DNA of 63,327 nucleotides, counting the filler, from Myxococcota bacterium (lineage in GTDB: Bacteria; Myxococcota_C; UBA6777): NCBI GenBank assembly GCA_023150835.1. It is 3 parts of 3 records of this genome, joined end to end, with 100 filler letters (N's around TTAATTAATTAA, not from the genome) between each part and the next. Parts side by side here need not be neighbours in the genome. Positions count along the whole stretch, not along the records: positions 1 to 29,535 come from JAKLKB010000082.1; 2 more parts are not named here. One strand, given 5' to 3'. Of this stretch, positions 9,665 through 18,263 are shown piece after piece. Under the pieces are notes generated by a model. The model did not search any database. It was not told the origin of the DNA and saw only the letters and a program-made list of their open reading frames with translations. The stretch's first letter is position 1, and each line of letters opens with the position of its first letter. Position numbers and translations under genes: made by a program.

Positions 9665-10732
9665 GTGTTTGCGAAACTGAAACAATTGCAGGATATCCTT
9701 TCTCAGATCGGCCAAGGCGTCATCGCCTTTTCAGGCGGTTGTGACAGCACCTTTTTGCTGGCTGTTGCGCACGAAGTTCTTGGGGAGCGTGTGATCGCGC
9801 TCACGGCGATCAGCCCTTCCTTGCCCGAATGGGAACGCCAAGATGCCGAACGCTTGGGCCGTTTGATCGGCGCACGCCATCTTTGGATCGAAACACGCGA
9901 GATGGAACGCGAAGAATATCGATCCAACCCGTCCAACCGCTGCTTTTTTTGCAAAGACGAGTTGTTTTCCTTTGCTTGGCGTGAGGCTTCGACGATGGGG
10001 CTTGGGGTGGTGATGGACGGGGCGAATCTTGATGATCGTGGAGACCATCGCCCGGGGCGATTGGCCGCCAAACAACACAACGTTCGCAGTCCACTTGATG
10101 AAGTTGGCCTGACCAAACAAGAGATCCGCGATCTGTCCAAACATCTCGGCCTGCCCACATGGGACAAACCTGCGATCGCTTGTTTGGCATCGCGTTTTCC
10201 CTACGGAACGGAGATCTCCCACGAGCGCATCGCAAGAGTCGCTGCTTGCGAAAAGCTCTTGCGCGATCTTGGCTTTCGCCAGTTCCGCGCCCGTTTTCAC
10301 GATACCATCCTTCGCCTTGAAATCGACAACGCCGAACTCCCGCGTGCTATGGAACCCGATATCCGCGATGCTTTGATCCGAGGCTCCAAACAAGCGGGGT
10401 TCCTTTACGTCACTCTCGATCTTCAAGGCTTTCGCAGCGGCAGTATGAACGAGGCCCTCTCCAAACAAGCCCTATCTACCGCCATCTCCGCACCCGCGCA
10501 ACAAGCCCTATCTACCGCCATCTCCGCACCCGCGCAACCGCCCCTATCTACCGCCATCTCCGCACCCGCGCAACCGCCCCTATCTACCGCCATCTCCGCA
10601 CCCGCGCAACCGCCCCTGTCTACCGCCATCTCCGCAACATCGCAACCGCCCCTATCTACCGCCATCTCCGCAACATCGCAACAAGCCCTATCCACCGCTG
10701 CTGACGCGCTGCATGGAGTCCGTCACTCTTGA
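9665..10732 (+). CDS. larE: ATP-dependent sacrificial sulfur transferase LarE (PP-loop)
   Basis: AFSGGCDS PP-loop, RCFFCK, DGANLDDRGDHRPG, ACLASRFPYG, TLDLQGFRSGSMN. Confidence 0.9.
   Translation: MFAKLKQLQDILSQIGQGVIAFSGGCDSTFLLAVAHEVLGERVIALTAISPSLPEWERQDAERLGRLIGARHLWIETREMEREEYRSNPSNRCFFCKDELFSFAWREASTMGLGVVMDGANLDDRGDHRPGRLAAKQHNVRSPLDEVGLTKQEIRDLSKHLGLPTWDKPAIACLASRFPYGTEISHERIARVAACEKLLRDLGFRQFRARFHDTILRLEIDNAELPRAMEPDIRDALIRGSKQAGFLYVTLDLQGFRSGSMNEALSKQALSTAISAPAQQALSTAISAPAQPPLSTAISAPAQPPLSTAISAPAQPPLSTAISATSQPPLSTAISATSQQALSTAADALHGVRHS
10465..10698 (+). repeat. In-frame 36-bp tandem repeat (LSTAISAPAQ, about 6 copies) forming the LarE C-terminal tail
   Basis: ccctatctaccgccatctccgcacccgcgcaac units. 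Confidence 0.9.
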
Positions 10733-11835
10733 CCCAACACACCAAACAGGCCGACACGGCAGCCGCGTATTCGTCTCTTGCTTTGGCCTCGCCTCCTTCA
10801 CGAAAACAGCGTACCTTCCGCCTTTTGGGGGCTGTTTTGTTGGTTTACCTTGTCACAGTTGGCTTGACCAAGATCTTTTACGAGATGCGTGGGCTTGGAA
10901 GTCTCCAGCAGTACCTGTGGACTGCTGCGATGTTGCTTCAGGTCTATGTGCCTGCGTGGTTGTTGTATCGCCACGATTTGACCATCGCTCACTTTGGCCT
11001 TCACATGAGGCGTTGGCCGCGCAGCGTGTTGTATGCGGGGGGATTGTTTGTTTTGCTGTTGATCCCTTCGGTGGTTGGGCATCATCTGTGGCAGATGTGG
11101 CTTGGGCGCGACGAACGGCCTACGATCTCTTTGCAAAAGTTTTCCGAGTCGCTTCAAGGCGAGCCGCTGTGGGTCGATCCGCGTGATGTGCAAGTCTACA
11201 CCTCGAAAGGGCCTGACGAACAGATTACCGTGCGCTGGCAACACCCGATACATGGGGTTTTGCAAAGTGATGGCTTGATCCACGTTGTGGACGGCTTGCG
11301 TTGGATCGACGGCCCGATCCGCGCTAAAGAGATCCGCATCAACGGAAGCGGCGGAGCGCAGCCGTTGTTTGTGCGCTTGACGGTCGAAGGCTCCTTTCTC
11401 TCCTTCTCTTTTCAACGAGAGCGCCGGCCTCTTCCTGCTTCTTTTCTGCGCTTTGGCCCGCAACGTACCACCCAATCCTCCACAACGCTCTATAAAAACT
11501 TGTTTTGGCTGCTTCAGCTTGTGCTGCTTCAGTTGCTGATGGTGGCTTTGCCTGAAGAGTTTTTCTATCGCGGTTATCTCTTAACGCGGATGGATGCGAT
11601 CTGGCCTGTGCGTACCTTGTGGGGCATCCCCTTGAGTTGGGGGAATCTGCTCTCCAGCCTGCTTTTTGCCTTCACGCATTTTTTGTTTGGTTTCCAAGCC
11701 TACCGACTCAGCGTCTTTTTCCCTTCGCTACTTTTTGGAGCCTTGCGCCAAAAAACCAACTCGCTGCTTGCTCCGATCCTGCTGCACGCTGCCTCCAATA
11801 TCTTGATGAAGATCCTCGAACTGGCTTATCTTTAG
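10729..11835 (+). CDS. CPBP/Abi intramembrane glutamic protease, myxosortase-like
   Basis: EEFFYRG, FAFTH, RLSVFFPSLLFG, H-x3-N motifs; overlaps the larE stop. Confidence 0.8.
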   Translation: MTQHTKQADTAAAYSSLALASPPSRKQRTFRLLGAVLLVYLVTVGLTKIFYEMRGLGSLQQYLWTAAMLLQVYVPAWLLYRHDLTIAHFGLHMRRWPRSVLYAGGLFVLLLIPSVVGHHLWQMWLGRDERPTISLQKFSESLQGEPLWVDPRDVQVYTSKGPDEQITVRWQHPIHGVLQSDGLIHVVDGLRWIDGPIRAKEIRINGSGGAQPLFVRLTVEGSFLSFSFQRERRPLPASFLRFGPQRTTQSSTTLYKNLFWLLQLVLLQLLMVALPEEFFYRGYLLTRMDAIWPVRTLWGIPLSWGNLLSSLLFAFTHFLFGFQAYRLSVFFPSLLFGALRQKTNSLLAPILLHAASNILMKILELAYL

Positions 11836-11877
11836 CCGTTTTTCTTTAGCCGCTTTTCCTGCTTTTTTGTTTGTTTT

Positions 11878-11993
11878 CTGGGGGTTCACCCCAGACCCCA
11901 CAAGGGAGCTTTGCCCCCTTGACCCCGTATCGGCGAAGAGATCACTGGCCTTTCAACACGACGACTCTGTCGCTTGGGGGAGTGCGAACACGG
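11878..11993 (-). repeat. Structured repeat family B
   Basis: Reverse complement of the consensus. Confidence 0.8.
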
Positions 11994-12098
11994 CTTTTTT
12001 GGCCGACTGCGTCTCTCATGAGAGAACTTCCAGCGTTCTTCGACAAAGGCGCGAGTGAGATGGTTTTGTTTGTGGGTGGGTCTTTTTTGGGAGAGTGA

Positions 12099-12219
12099 TA
12101 CGAAATCCGCTCATGGTGTGAGCGAACGATGTAGGGGCAGTCCCCTGTGGCTGCCCGACCGCAGGGCGTCTACAATGGATCGCATCGACTCTTTGTGCAC
12201 ACTTCTCACGGATATCGTA
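12099..12219 (+). mobile_element. MITE family A copy with TGA target duplication
   Basis: TGA|TACGAAATCCG...CGGATATCGTA|TGA. Confidence 0.85.
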
Positions 12220-12301
12220 TGACCTGTTTGTTTGGCTTTGTGGGGTGGTGCCCGATGCTTCGCCATCCGCCTTCTCTATCCATGCAATAAGGAGAGATAT
12301 T

Positions 12302-15300
12302 ATGCTGTTGCGTAGGCTTGTCTATCGAATACCTCTTTTGGGGGTGAGTGTCTTGTTGGGGGGGTTGTTGTTTCTTGGTTGGCCGACCGCTGGGTTTGCG
12401 CAAGTTTTGACATGCGGCAACAATGTTTGTGATTCGACAAGGGGTGAGAACTGCTCGAATTGCCCCGCAGATTGTCGTTGTTCGACGGGGCAGATCTGCC
12501 GATTGGGCCAGTGTGTCTCGGCAACAGCCTGTGGCAACGGAACGTGCGATGCAAACCAAGGCGAGGACTGTACGACTTGCGCTGCGGATTGTGCTTGTGC
12601 GACGGGGCAGATCTGCTTGTTGGGACAATGCCGAAGCGTGAATTCTTGTGGCAACGGGACGTGCAGCGCAAACCAAGGCGAAAACTGTGCGACGTGTGCG
12701 GCCGATTGTGCTTGTGCGTCAGGCCAAACCTGCCAAAACGGCCAATGTGTTGCTTCTTCGGCGTGCGGAAACCGTGTTTGCGATGCAGCGCAAGGCGAGA
12801 ACTGCACGACTTGTCCGAGCGATTGTGCTTGTGCGACGGGTCAAACCTGTGTGCTTGGTCAATGCCGAAACGTCAACTCTTGTGGCAACGGGACTTGCAA
12901 CACCGCTTTGGGTGAAAACTGCGCCAATTGCCCCGCTGATTGTGCTTGTGCGGTCGGTCAAACCTGCCAAAACGGTCAATGCAGTACAACAGCGTGCGGA
13001 AATGGCCGATGTGATGCGAACTCTGGCGAAAACTGCACGACCTGTCCGTCGGATTGCGCTTGCCCAAGGGGCCAAGTCTGTTTGCTCGGCCAATGTCGTG
13101 CAACAACAAGCTGTGGTAACGGCCAATGCGATGCCACACAAGGCGAGAACTGCTCGACGTGTCCCGTCGATTGTCGTTGTCTCAACGGCCAGATCTGTCA
13201 AAACGGCCAATGCTCCACCGCTGCAAGCTGCGGCAACCGTGTCTGCGATACTGCGCAAGGTGAAAACTGCACGACATGTCCGGCAGATTGTGCTTGTCCG
13301 ACGGGTCAAGTTTGTTTGTTAAATCAGTGTATCGGCTCGGCGACTTGTGGGAACGGAAGATGCGACACAGGCGAGAACTGTACGACTTGCCAAGCGGATT
13401 GTCGCTGTAATGTCGGACAGTCCTGTCAAAACGGCCAATGTGTTTCGTCAAGCGCTTGCGGAAACCGCGTCTGCGACACCGCGCAAGGTGAGAACTGCAC
13501 GACCTGTCCTGCGGATTGTGCTTGTCCTGCGGGGCAGTCTTGTTTGTTGGGCCGCTGCTTTGGGGGCGCTGCGTGTGGCAACGGAACTTGCGACGCTACC
13601 GCAGGCGAAAACTGCACGACCTGCCCAGCGGATTGTCGATGCCCAACGGGCCAGATCTGTCAACTCGGGACGTGTCGCACCGCAACAAGCTGCGGAAACG
13701 GTGTGTGCGATACGGCGGCGGGTGAAAACTGCGCCACTTGCGCCCGCGATTGCGTCTGTGCGACAGGACAACAATGTCAAAACGGTCAATGTGTTGCGGT
13801 GAATGCTTGTGGAAACGGTCAATGCGAAGCTACACGCGGCGAAAATTGCACGACGTGTCCGAGTGATTGCGCTTGTCCGTCGGGGCAGCTTTGCTTGTCG
13901 GGGCGGTGCGTGGCTGCGGGGACTTGCGGGGATCGCGTGTGCGATGCTGCGCGTGCCGAAAATTGTTCGACGTGTCCGAGCGATTGCGCTTGCCCGTCAG
14001 GTCAAGTCTGCCAATCGGGCCGTTGTATCGCGATCATCACTTGCGGAAACGGGACGTGTGATGCTACTTCAGGAGAAAATTGTTCGACGTGCGCGGCAGA
14101 TTGCCGATGTGCGTTGAATGAACAATGTTCGGGCGGACGCTGCGTTGCGATCAACGCTTGCGGAAACGGGACGTGTGAAGCTGCACGCGGCGAAAACTGC
14201 GCCACTTGCGCGATCGATTGTGCTTGCCCCGCAGGACAGCGATGTCAAAACGGCCAATGTGCGGCGGTCAACACTTGCGGAAACCGTGTTTGCGATGCGA
14301 CGAGCGGCGAAAACTGCGGAAACTGCCCGACGGATTGCGCTTGCCCCACAGGTCAGCAATGCGTGAGCAACTCTTGTCGTCCGATCAACGCTTGTGGAAA
14401 CGGAACTTGTGAAGCCGCGCAAGGTGAAAATTGCTCGACGTGTCCGAGCGATTGTGCTTGTCCATCGGGTCAGCGTTGCCAAAATAATTCTTGTCAGGCC
14501 GTCACAACGTGCGGAAACGGCACTTGCGATCGTACCGCCGGCGAAAACTGCTCGACCTGCGCTTCGGATTGCCTTTGTCCTGCAGGAGAACAATGTTCGG
14601 CCTCGCTGTGCCGCCCTGTTCAAAACTGCGGCGACAAGACGTGCGACGCGACCGCAGGCGAGAACTGCGGAACTTGCCCACAAGACTGTGCCTGCCCAAC
14701 AGGCCAACAGTGCGTCAACAACGCTTGTGAGATCCCCTCCGCGACTTGCGGCGACAACACTTGCGACACCGCCAAAGGCGAAGATTGTACATCTTGTCCG
14801 CGTGATTGTGCTTGTCCAGCGGGGCAAAGCTGCACCGCTGGGGCTTGCTTCCCGATCAACAACTGTGGAAACGGAACTTGTGAATCTGCACGCGGTGAAA
14901 ACTGCGGAACTTGCCCTGCCGACTGCTCTTGTTCACAAGGGCAGCAGTGCCAAAACAACGCTTGTACTGCGGTGACTTCTTGCGGAAACGGAAAGTGCGA
15001 TAGCAGCGAAAACTGCGGGACATGTCCTGCGGATTGCGCGTGTCCAACGGGCCAACGTTGTCAAAACGATGCCTGTGTTGCTGTTCAAGACTGCGGCAAC
15101 GGCGCTTGCGAAGCCGCGAAAGGCGAAAACTGCACAAGCTGCCCTGTCGACTGTGCTTGTCCAGCGGGCCAAGTCTGTCAAAACGATGCCTGCCAGCCGC
15201 TCAATGCTTGCGGAGATGGGACGTGTGATAGCGCGGGCGGCGAAAACTGCACGAGCTGCCCGGGGGATTGCGCTTGTCCAGCAGGTCAGATCTGTCAACG

Positions 15301-15817
15301 TGGTGTTTGTTCCGCCAGTACAGACTGCGGCAACGGAACTTGTGAAGCTGCAAAGGGCGAAGATTGCACGACTTGCGCTTCGGACTGCGCTTGTCCGTCG
15401 GGGCAAAACTGCCAAGCGGGTGCTTGTATCGATCCAAGCGGCGAAACGACCGAACCCACAGGCGACGGCGGACCCACCGAGTCGACAAGCGAAGGAGATA
15501 TCGAGGCTACGGGCGATGGTGGCCCCACCGAAACCACAGGGGATGGCGGTCCCACCGAGCCGACCTCCGAAGGTACGAACCCCGAAAATGCAGCGGAAAG
15601 CGCAGCGGATGGTACAAACCCCGAAACAACCGCCGAGATCAACGCAGACGATCCAAACAACGCTGACAAAGGCGGAAGCGGTGACGGTGATCCAACCGCC
15701 GAAAAGAATATCGCAGGCGGCGGATGCGGTTGTCAGCAAACATCTGATCCCGCCTTCCCGCTGGTGTTTGGGTTGCTGTTGCTCTTTGTTTTGCGGCGTC
15801 GAATGCTTCGGATATAG
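12302..15817 (+). CDS. Cys-rich repeat surface protein with MYXO-CTERM sorting signal
   Basis: Signal peptide; 26 repeats of about 39 aa with 8 Cys each (CGNGTCD..GENCxTCPxDCACxxGQxC..C); acidic linker; GGGCGC, TM helix, RRR tail. Confidence 0.9.
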   Translation: MLLRRLVYRIPLLGVSVLLGGLLFLGWPTAGFAQVLTCGNNVCDSTRGENCSNCPADCRCSTGQICRLGQCVSATACGNGTCDANQGEDCTTCAADCACATGQICLLGQCRSVNSCGNGTCSANQGENCATCAADCACASGQTCQNGQCVASSACGNRVCDAAQGENCTTCPSDCACATGQTCVLGQCRNVNSCGNGTCNTALGENCANCPADCACAVGQTCQNGQCSTTACGNGRCDANSGENCTTCPSDCACPRGQVCLLGQCRATTSCGNGQCDATQGENCSTCPVDCRCLNGQICQNGQCSTAASCGNRVCDTAQGENCTTCPADCACPTGQVCLLNQCIGSATCGNGRCDTGENCTTCQADCRCNVGQSCQNGQCVSSSACGNRVCDTAQGENCTTCPADCACPAGQSCLLGRCFGGAACGNGTCDATAGENCTTCPADCRCPTGQICQLGTCRTATSCGNGVCDTAAGENCATCARDCVCATGQQCQNGQCVAVNACGNGQCEATRGENCTTCPSDCACPSGQLCLSGRCVAAGTCGDRVCDAARAENCSTCPSDCACPSGQVCQSGRCIAIITCGNGTCDATSGENCSTCAADCRCALNEQCSGGRCVAINACGNGTCEAARGENCATCAIDCACPAGQRCQNGQCAAVNTCGNRVCDATSGENCGNCPTDCACPTGQQCVSNSCRPINACGNGTCEAAQGENCSTCPSDCACPSGQRCQNNSCQAVTTCGNGTCDRTAGENCSTCASDCLCPAGEQCSASLCRPVQNCGDKTCDATAGENCGTCPQDCACPTGQQCVNNACEIPSATCGDNTCDTAKGEDCTSCPRDCACPAGQSCTAGACFPINNCGNGTCESARGENCGTCPADCSCSQGQQCQNNACTAVTSCGNGKCDSSENCGTCPADCACPTGQRCQNDACVAVQDCGNGACEAAKGENCTSCPVDCACPAGQVCQNDACQPLNACGDGTCDSAGGENCTSCPGDCACPAGQICQRGVCSASTDCGNGTCEAAKGEDCTTCASDCACPSGQNCQAGACIDPSGETTEPTGDGGPTESTSEGDIEATGDGGPTETTGDGGPTEPTSEGTNPENAAESAADGTNPETTAEINADDPNNADKGGSGDGDPTAEKNIAGGGCGCQQTSDPAFPLVFGLLLLFVLRRRMLRI

Positions 15818-16030
15818 CGGGGCGTTTGAACAGGCTGTCGGATGGCTCGGATATAGCGGTGTGTTTGAGCATACTGTCGGATGGCTCGGATGTAGCGGTG
15901 TGTTTGATCAGGCTGTCGGATGGCTCGGATACAGCGGGGGGCTGAGCAGGCTGTCGGATGGCTCGGATACAGCGGGGGGCTGATCAGGCTGTCGGATGGT
16001 TCGGATACAGCGGGGGGCTGATCAGGCTGT
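15809..16030. repeat. Intergenic ~38-40-bp tandem repeat, about 6 copies
   Basis: cggata(c/t)agcgg...caggctgtcggatggct units between convergent genes. Confidence 0.85.
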
Positions 16031-16807
16031 GGTTTGTTTGCGGCGCTTTCGTGCGTCGAGATCAAGGTAGATCGAAAAGAAGCAGTAGAAGAGGGGGTAC
16101 GACACGGAAGCCCACACGATCCACGCGGGGGTTTGGGGCTTGAGGGGGTCTTTTCCGGGGTGGTAGAGGACAATCATCGCTACAAAGAAGATCGTCCAGA
16201 GGATCGCACCTCCAATAAAGGTTTTTTGGAAGCGAGGCATCCGACTTGGATAAGCAAAGCGCATCGGACTCACCGTCAACACCGTTAGGATCATCAAGAC
16301 GGAAAGCGAAAAGTACGGACTGATCGGCGTCATAATCAGATGGACATAGATCGCAACAAAGTTCCAATACGAGGGAAAGCCCAAGAAGAAGCCTTCTTCG
16401 GCTTGTTTGGCGTTGGCGTTGGCAAAGCCGAACAGACTGGCGATCATCGGGAAAGAAACCCATAGCCATGCAGGTTGGGGGATCAGCCCTGCGTGTGCGA
16501 TCAAAAACAGCGGAAGGAAGGTATAATTGACGTAATCTACGATGTTATCGAGGTCTCCGCCGTAGATGTGGGGGAGGACTTTTTTGACTTCGAGTTTGCG
16601 AGCGATGAAACCGTCGGTGGAGTCGATGACTGTAGCGACGAGCATCCACATGTAGGCGGCGTAGAGGTCTTTGTTGATGATCGCCATGAGGATCAAGACG
16701 GAGAAGAGTATCCCCGAGGCCGTATAAAGGTGGAGTGCGTAGCAGAGTATCCTGCGCGTAAGGGAATACTCAGTGGGTGCATGGGGGGCGTCTTGGTGCA
16801 TAAGCAT
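16022..16807 (-). CDS. pcs: Phosphatidylcholine synthase-like CDP-alcohol phosphatidyltransferase
   Basis: HLYTASG, DSTDGFIAR..DLDNIVDY, FLGFPSYWN. Confidence 0.75.
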   Translation of the reverse strand: MLMHQDAPHAPTEYSLTRRILCYALHLYTASGILFSVLILMAIINKDLYAAYMWMLVATVIDSTDGFIARKLEVKKVLPHIYGGDLDNIVDYVNYTFLPLFLIAHAGLIPQPAWLWVSFPMIASLFGFANANAKQAEEGFFLGFPSYWNFVAIYVHLIMTPISPYFSLSVLMILTVLTVSPMRFAYPSRMPRFQKTFIGGAILWTIFFVAMIVLYHPGKDPLKPQTPAWIVWASVSYPLFYCFFSIYLDLDARKRRKQTTA

Positions 16808-17191
16808 CTCTCCTGTGCGTGATCTTGTCGTCATCGCGGTTGTTTTGGAGGATTGGAGGGGGACGGGTGTTGCCTGTGCCTTGTGGCGGGCAGTAGTGAT
16901 ATCTTGAGGTGAACGGACTTGTCTAGGGCCTCGGGTGAGGTTCGATGATGGTGTCCGACGGACGGGTGGAATGGCCATCGCGGGTCTGTTTTGTCGAACC
17001 CGTGCAAGATCAAGATCGCTTGAGATGCAAAGGACTTTGCGCGGTGGGCGCGATGTGAGGAATATGTTTTGCTAAAACGAGCGATCCGAGAGATCAGGCG
17101 CAGTACACAAACCATACCAAATCCGCCTGTTGTGTGTGCGGAAGATGCAGTCGGGGTTCCGAGAGGGTTCAACGTTGGATTGTTTCTCCCA

Positions 17192-17309
17192 CACCAAATC
17201 CGCCTGTTGTGTGTGCGGAAGATGTAGGGGCAGCCCCCTGTGGCTGCCCAACCACAGGGGGGTTACAACGGATCGCATCGACGCTTTGTGTACTCTCACG
17301 GATATCGTA
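17192..17309 (+). mobile_element. MITE family A copy, plus a duplicated left-end fragment at about 17115-17148
   Basis: ACCAAATCCGCC...GTAGGGGCAGCCCCCTGTGGCTGCCC...CGGATATCGTA. Confidence 0.75.
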
Positions 17310-17423
17310 CAACGCGATGGTTTGTTGGTTTGGGCGGATATCCTTGTGGGTAGCGCAAGATATCGTGTGTTTGTTTTGCTCAACGAGATACTGTGCGTGC
17401 GTTTTACACAAGAGGAGCGGGTG

Positions 17424-18206
17424 ATGCGACAAGAAAGAATGCAGATCGGGAACGATATCTTGGCAAACGTGGTGATGCCTTTGCGCGCTCCGCGCCCTGA
17501 TGAAGTCGGAGAGACGGGGCGTTTGATCCGTGCGGTGTTGTTTGATATGGACGGTACCTTGATCGATTCAGAAGTCCACACAGGCACGTCGATCGCGGAT
17601 GTGATGGAGCGTTACGGGGTGCGGGAGGCTTCGTTGCCTTCGACGATGACGCGAGGTTGTACGTGGGAGTCGATCTGTGTTGCGTTGCGACAAAAATATC
17701 CGTCGGCAGGGGAGATGCCGATGTTGAGGGAAGAACTGGCGGTGCGTTTTGATGAGCTTGTGCATCGTCGGATCATCCCGATAACAGGGGCAAGAGAAGC
17801 CTTAAAAGAGGCGGCGATGCACTTGCCTGTGGCGATCGTATCGAGTAGTCCGACGGATCTGATCCTAAAGCTGGTACGTGCGTGGGATCTAGAAGAGTGG
17901 CTTCCTGCGGAGCGTTGTATCGGCGGGGAGTTGGTCAAGCGCTCGAAGCCCAATCCAGAAGGGTATTTGTTGGCAGCGGAGCGTTTGGGGGTCGATGCTG
18001 CGCATTGTTTGATCTTTGAAGATAGTTTTGCGGGCTTGAGCGCGGCCCGTTCTTCGGGGGCTTATACGGTGGCGATCTTGGAGTCTGCGGGCAAACATGC
18101 CGAGTTTCAATCGATCGCGGATGTCGGCTTGCAACATTTTCAAGAACTCTATATTGGCTTTTGGAGCCGTCTACGAGCTGGCCTTACGTTGTCTTGGTGC
18201 CCTTAA
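17424..18206 (+). CDS. HAD-family phosphatase (beta-PGM-like)
   Basis: FDMDGTLIDS, SKPNPEGY, IFEDSFAG. Confidence 0.9.
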   Translation: MRQERMQIGNDILANVVMPLRAPRPDEVGETGRLIRAVLFDMDGTLIDSEVHTGTSIADVMERYGVREASLPSTMTRGCTWESICVALRQKYPSAGEMPMLREELAVRFDELVHRRIIPITGAREALKEAAMHLPVAIVSSSPTDLILKLVRAWDLEEWLPAERCIGGELVKRSKPNPEGYLLAAERLGVDAAHCLIFEDSFAGLSAARSSGAYTVAILESAGKHAEFQSIADVGLQHFQELYIGFWSRLRAGLTLSWCP

Positions 18207-18263
18207 ACGCGAGAGCGAAGACACTTTCGTTTTGGTGCTCTTCAACGCGAGATCGAAGGCACC

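Noticed and set aside
12302-15430. Cys repeats as multiheme or Fe-S motifs
   Set aside because: There is no CxxCH, and an exported protein with 8 Cys per repeat fits disulfides
15809-16030. The ~39-bp repeats as a CRISPR array
   Set aside because: The units are head-to-tail and degenerate, with no unique spacers
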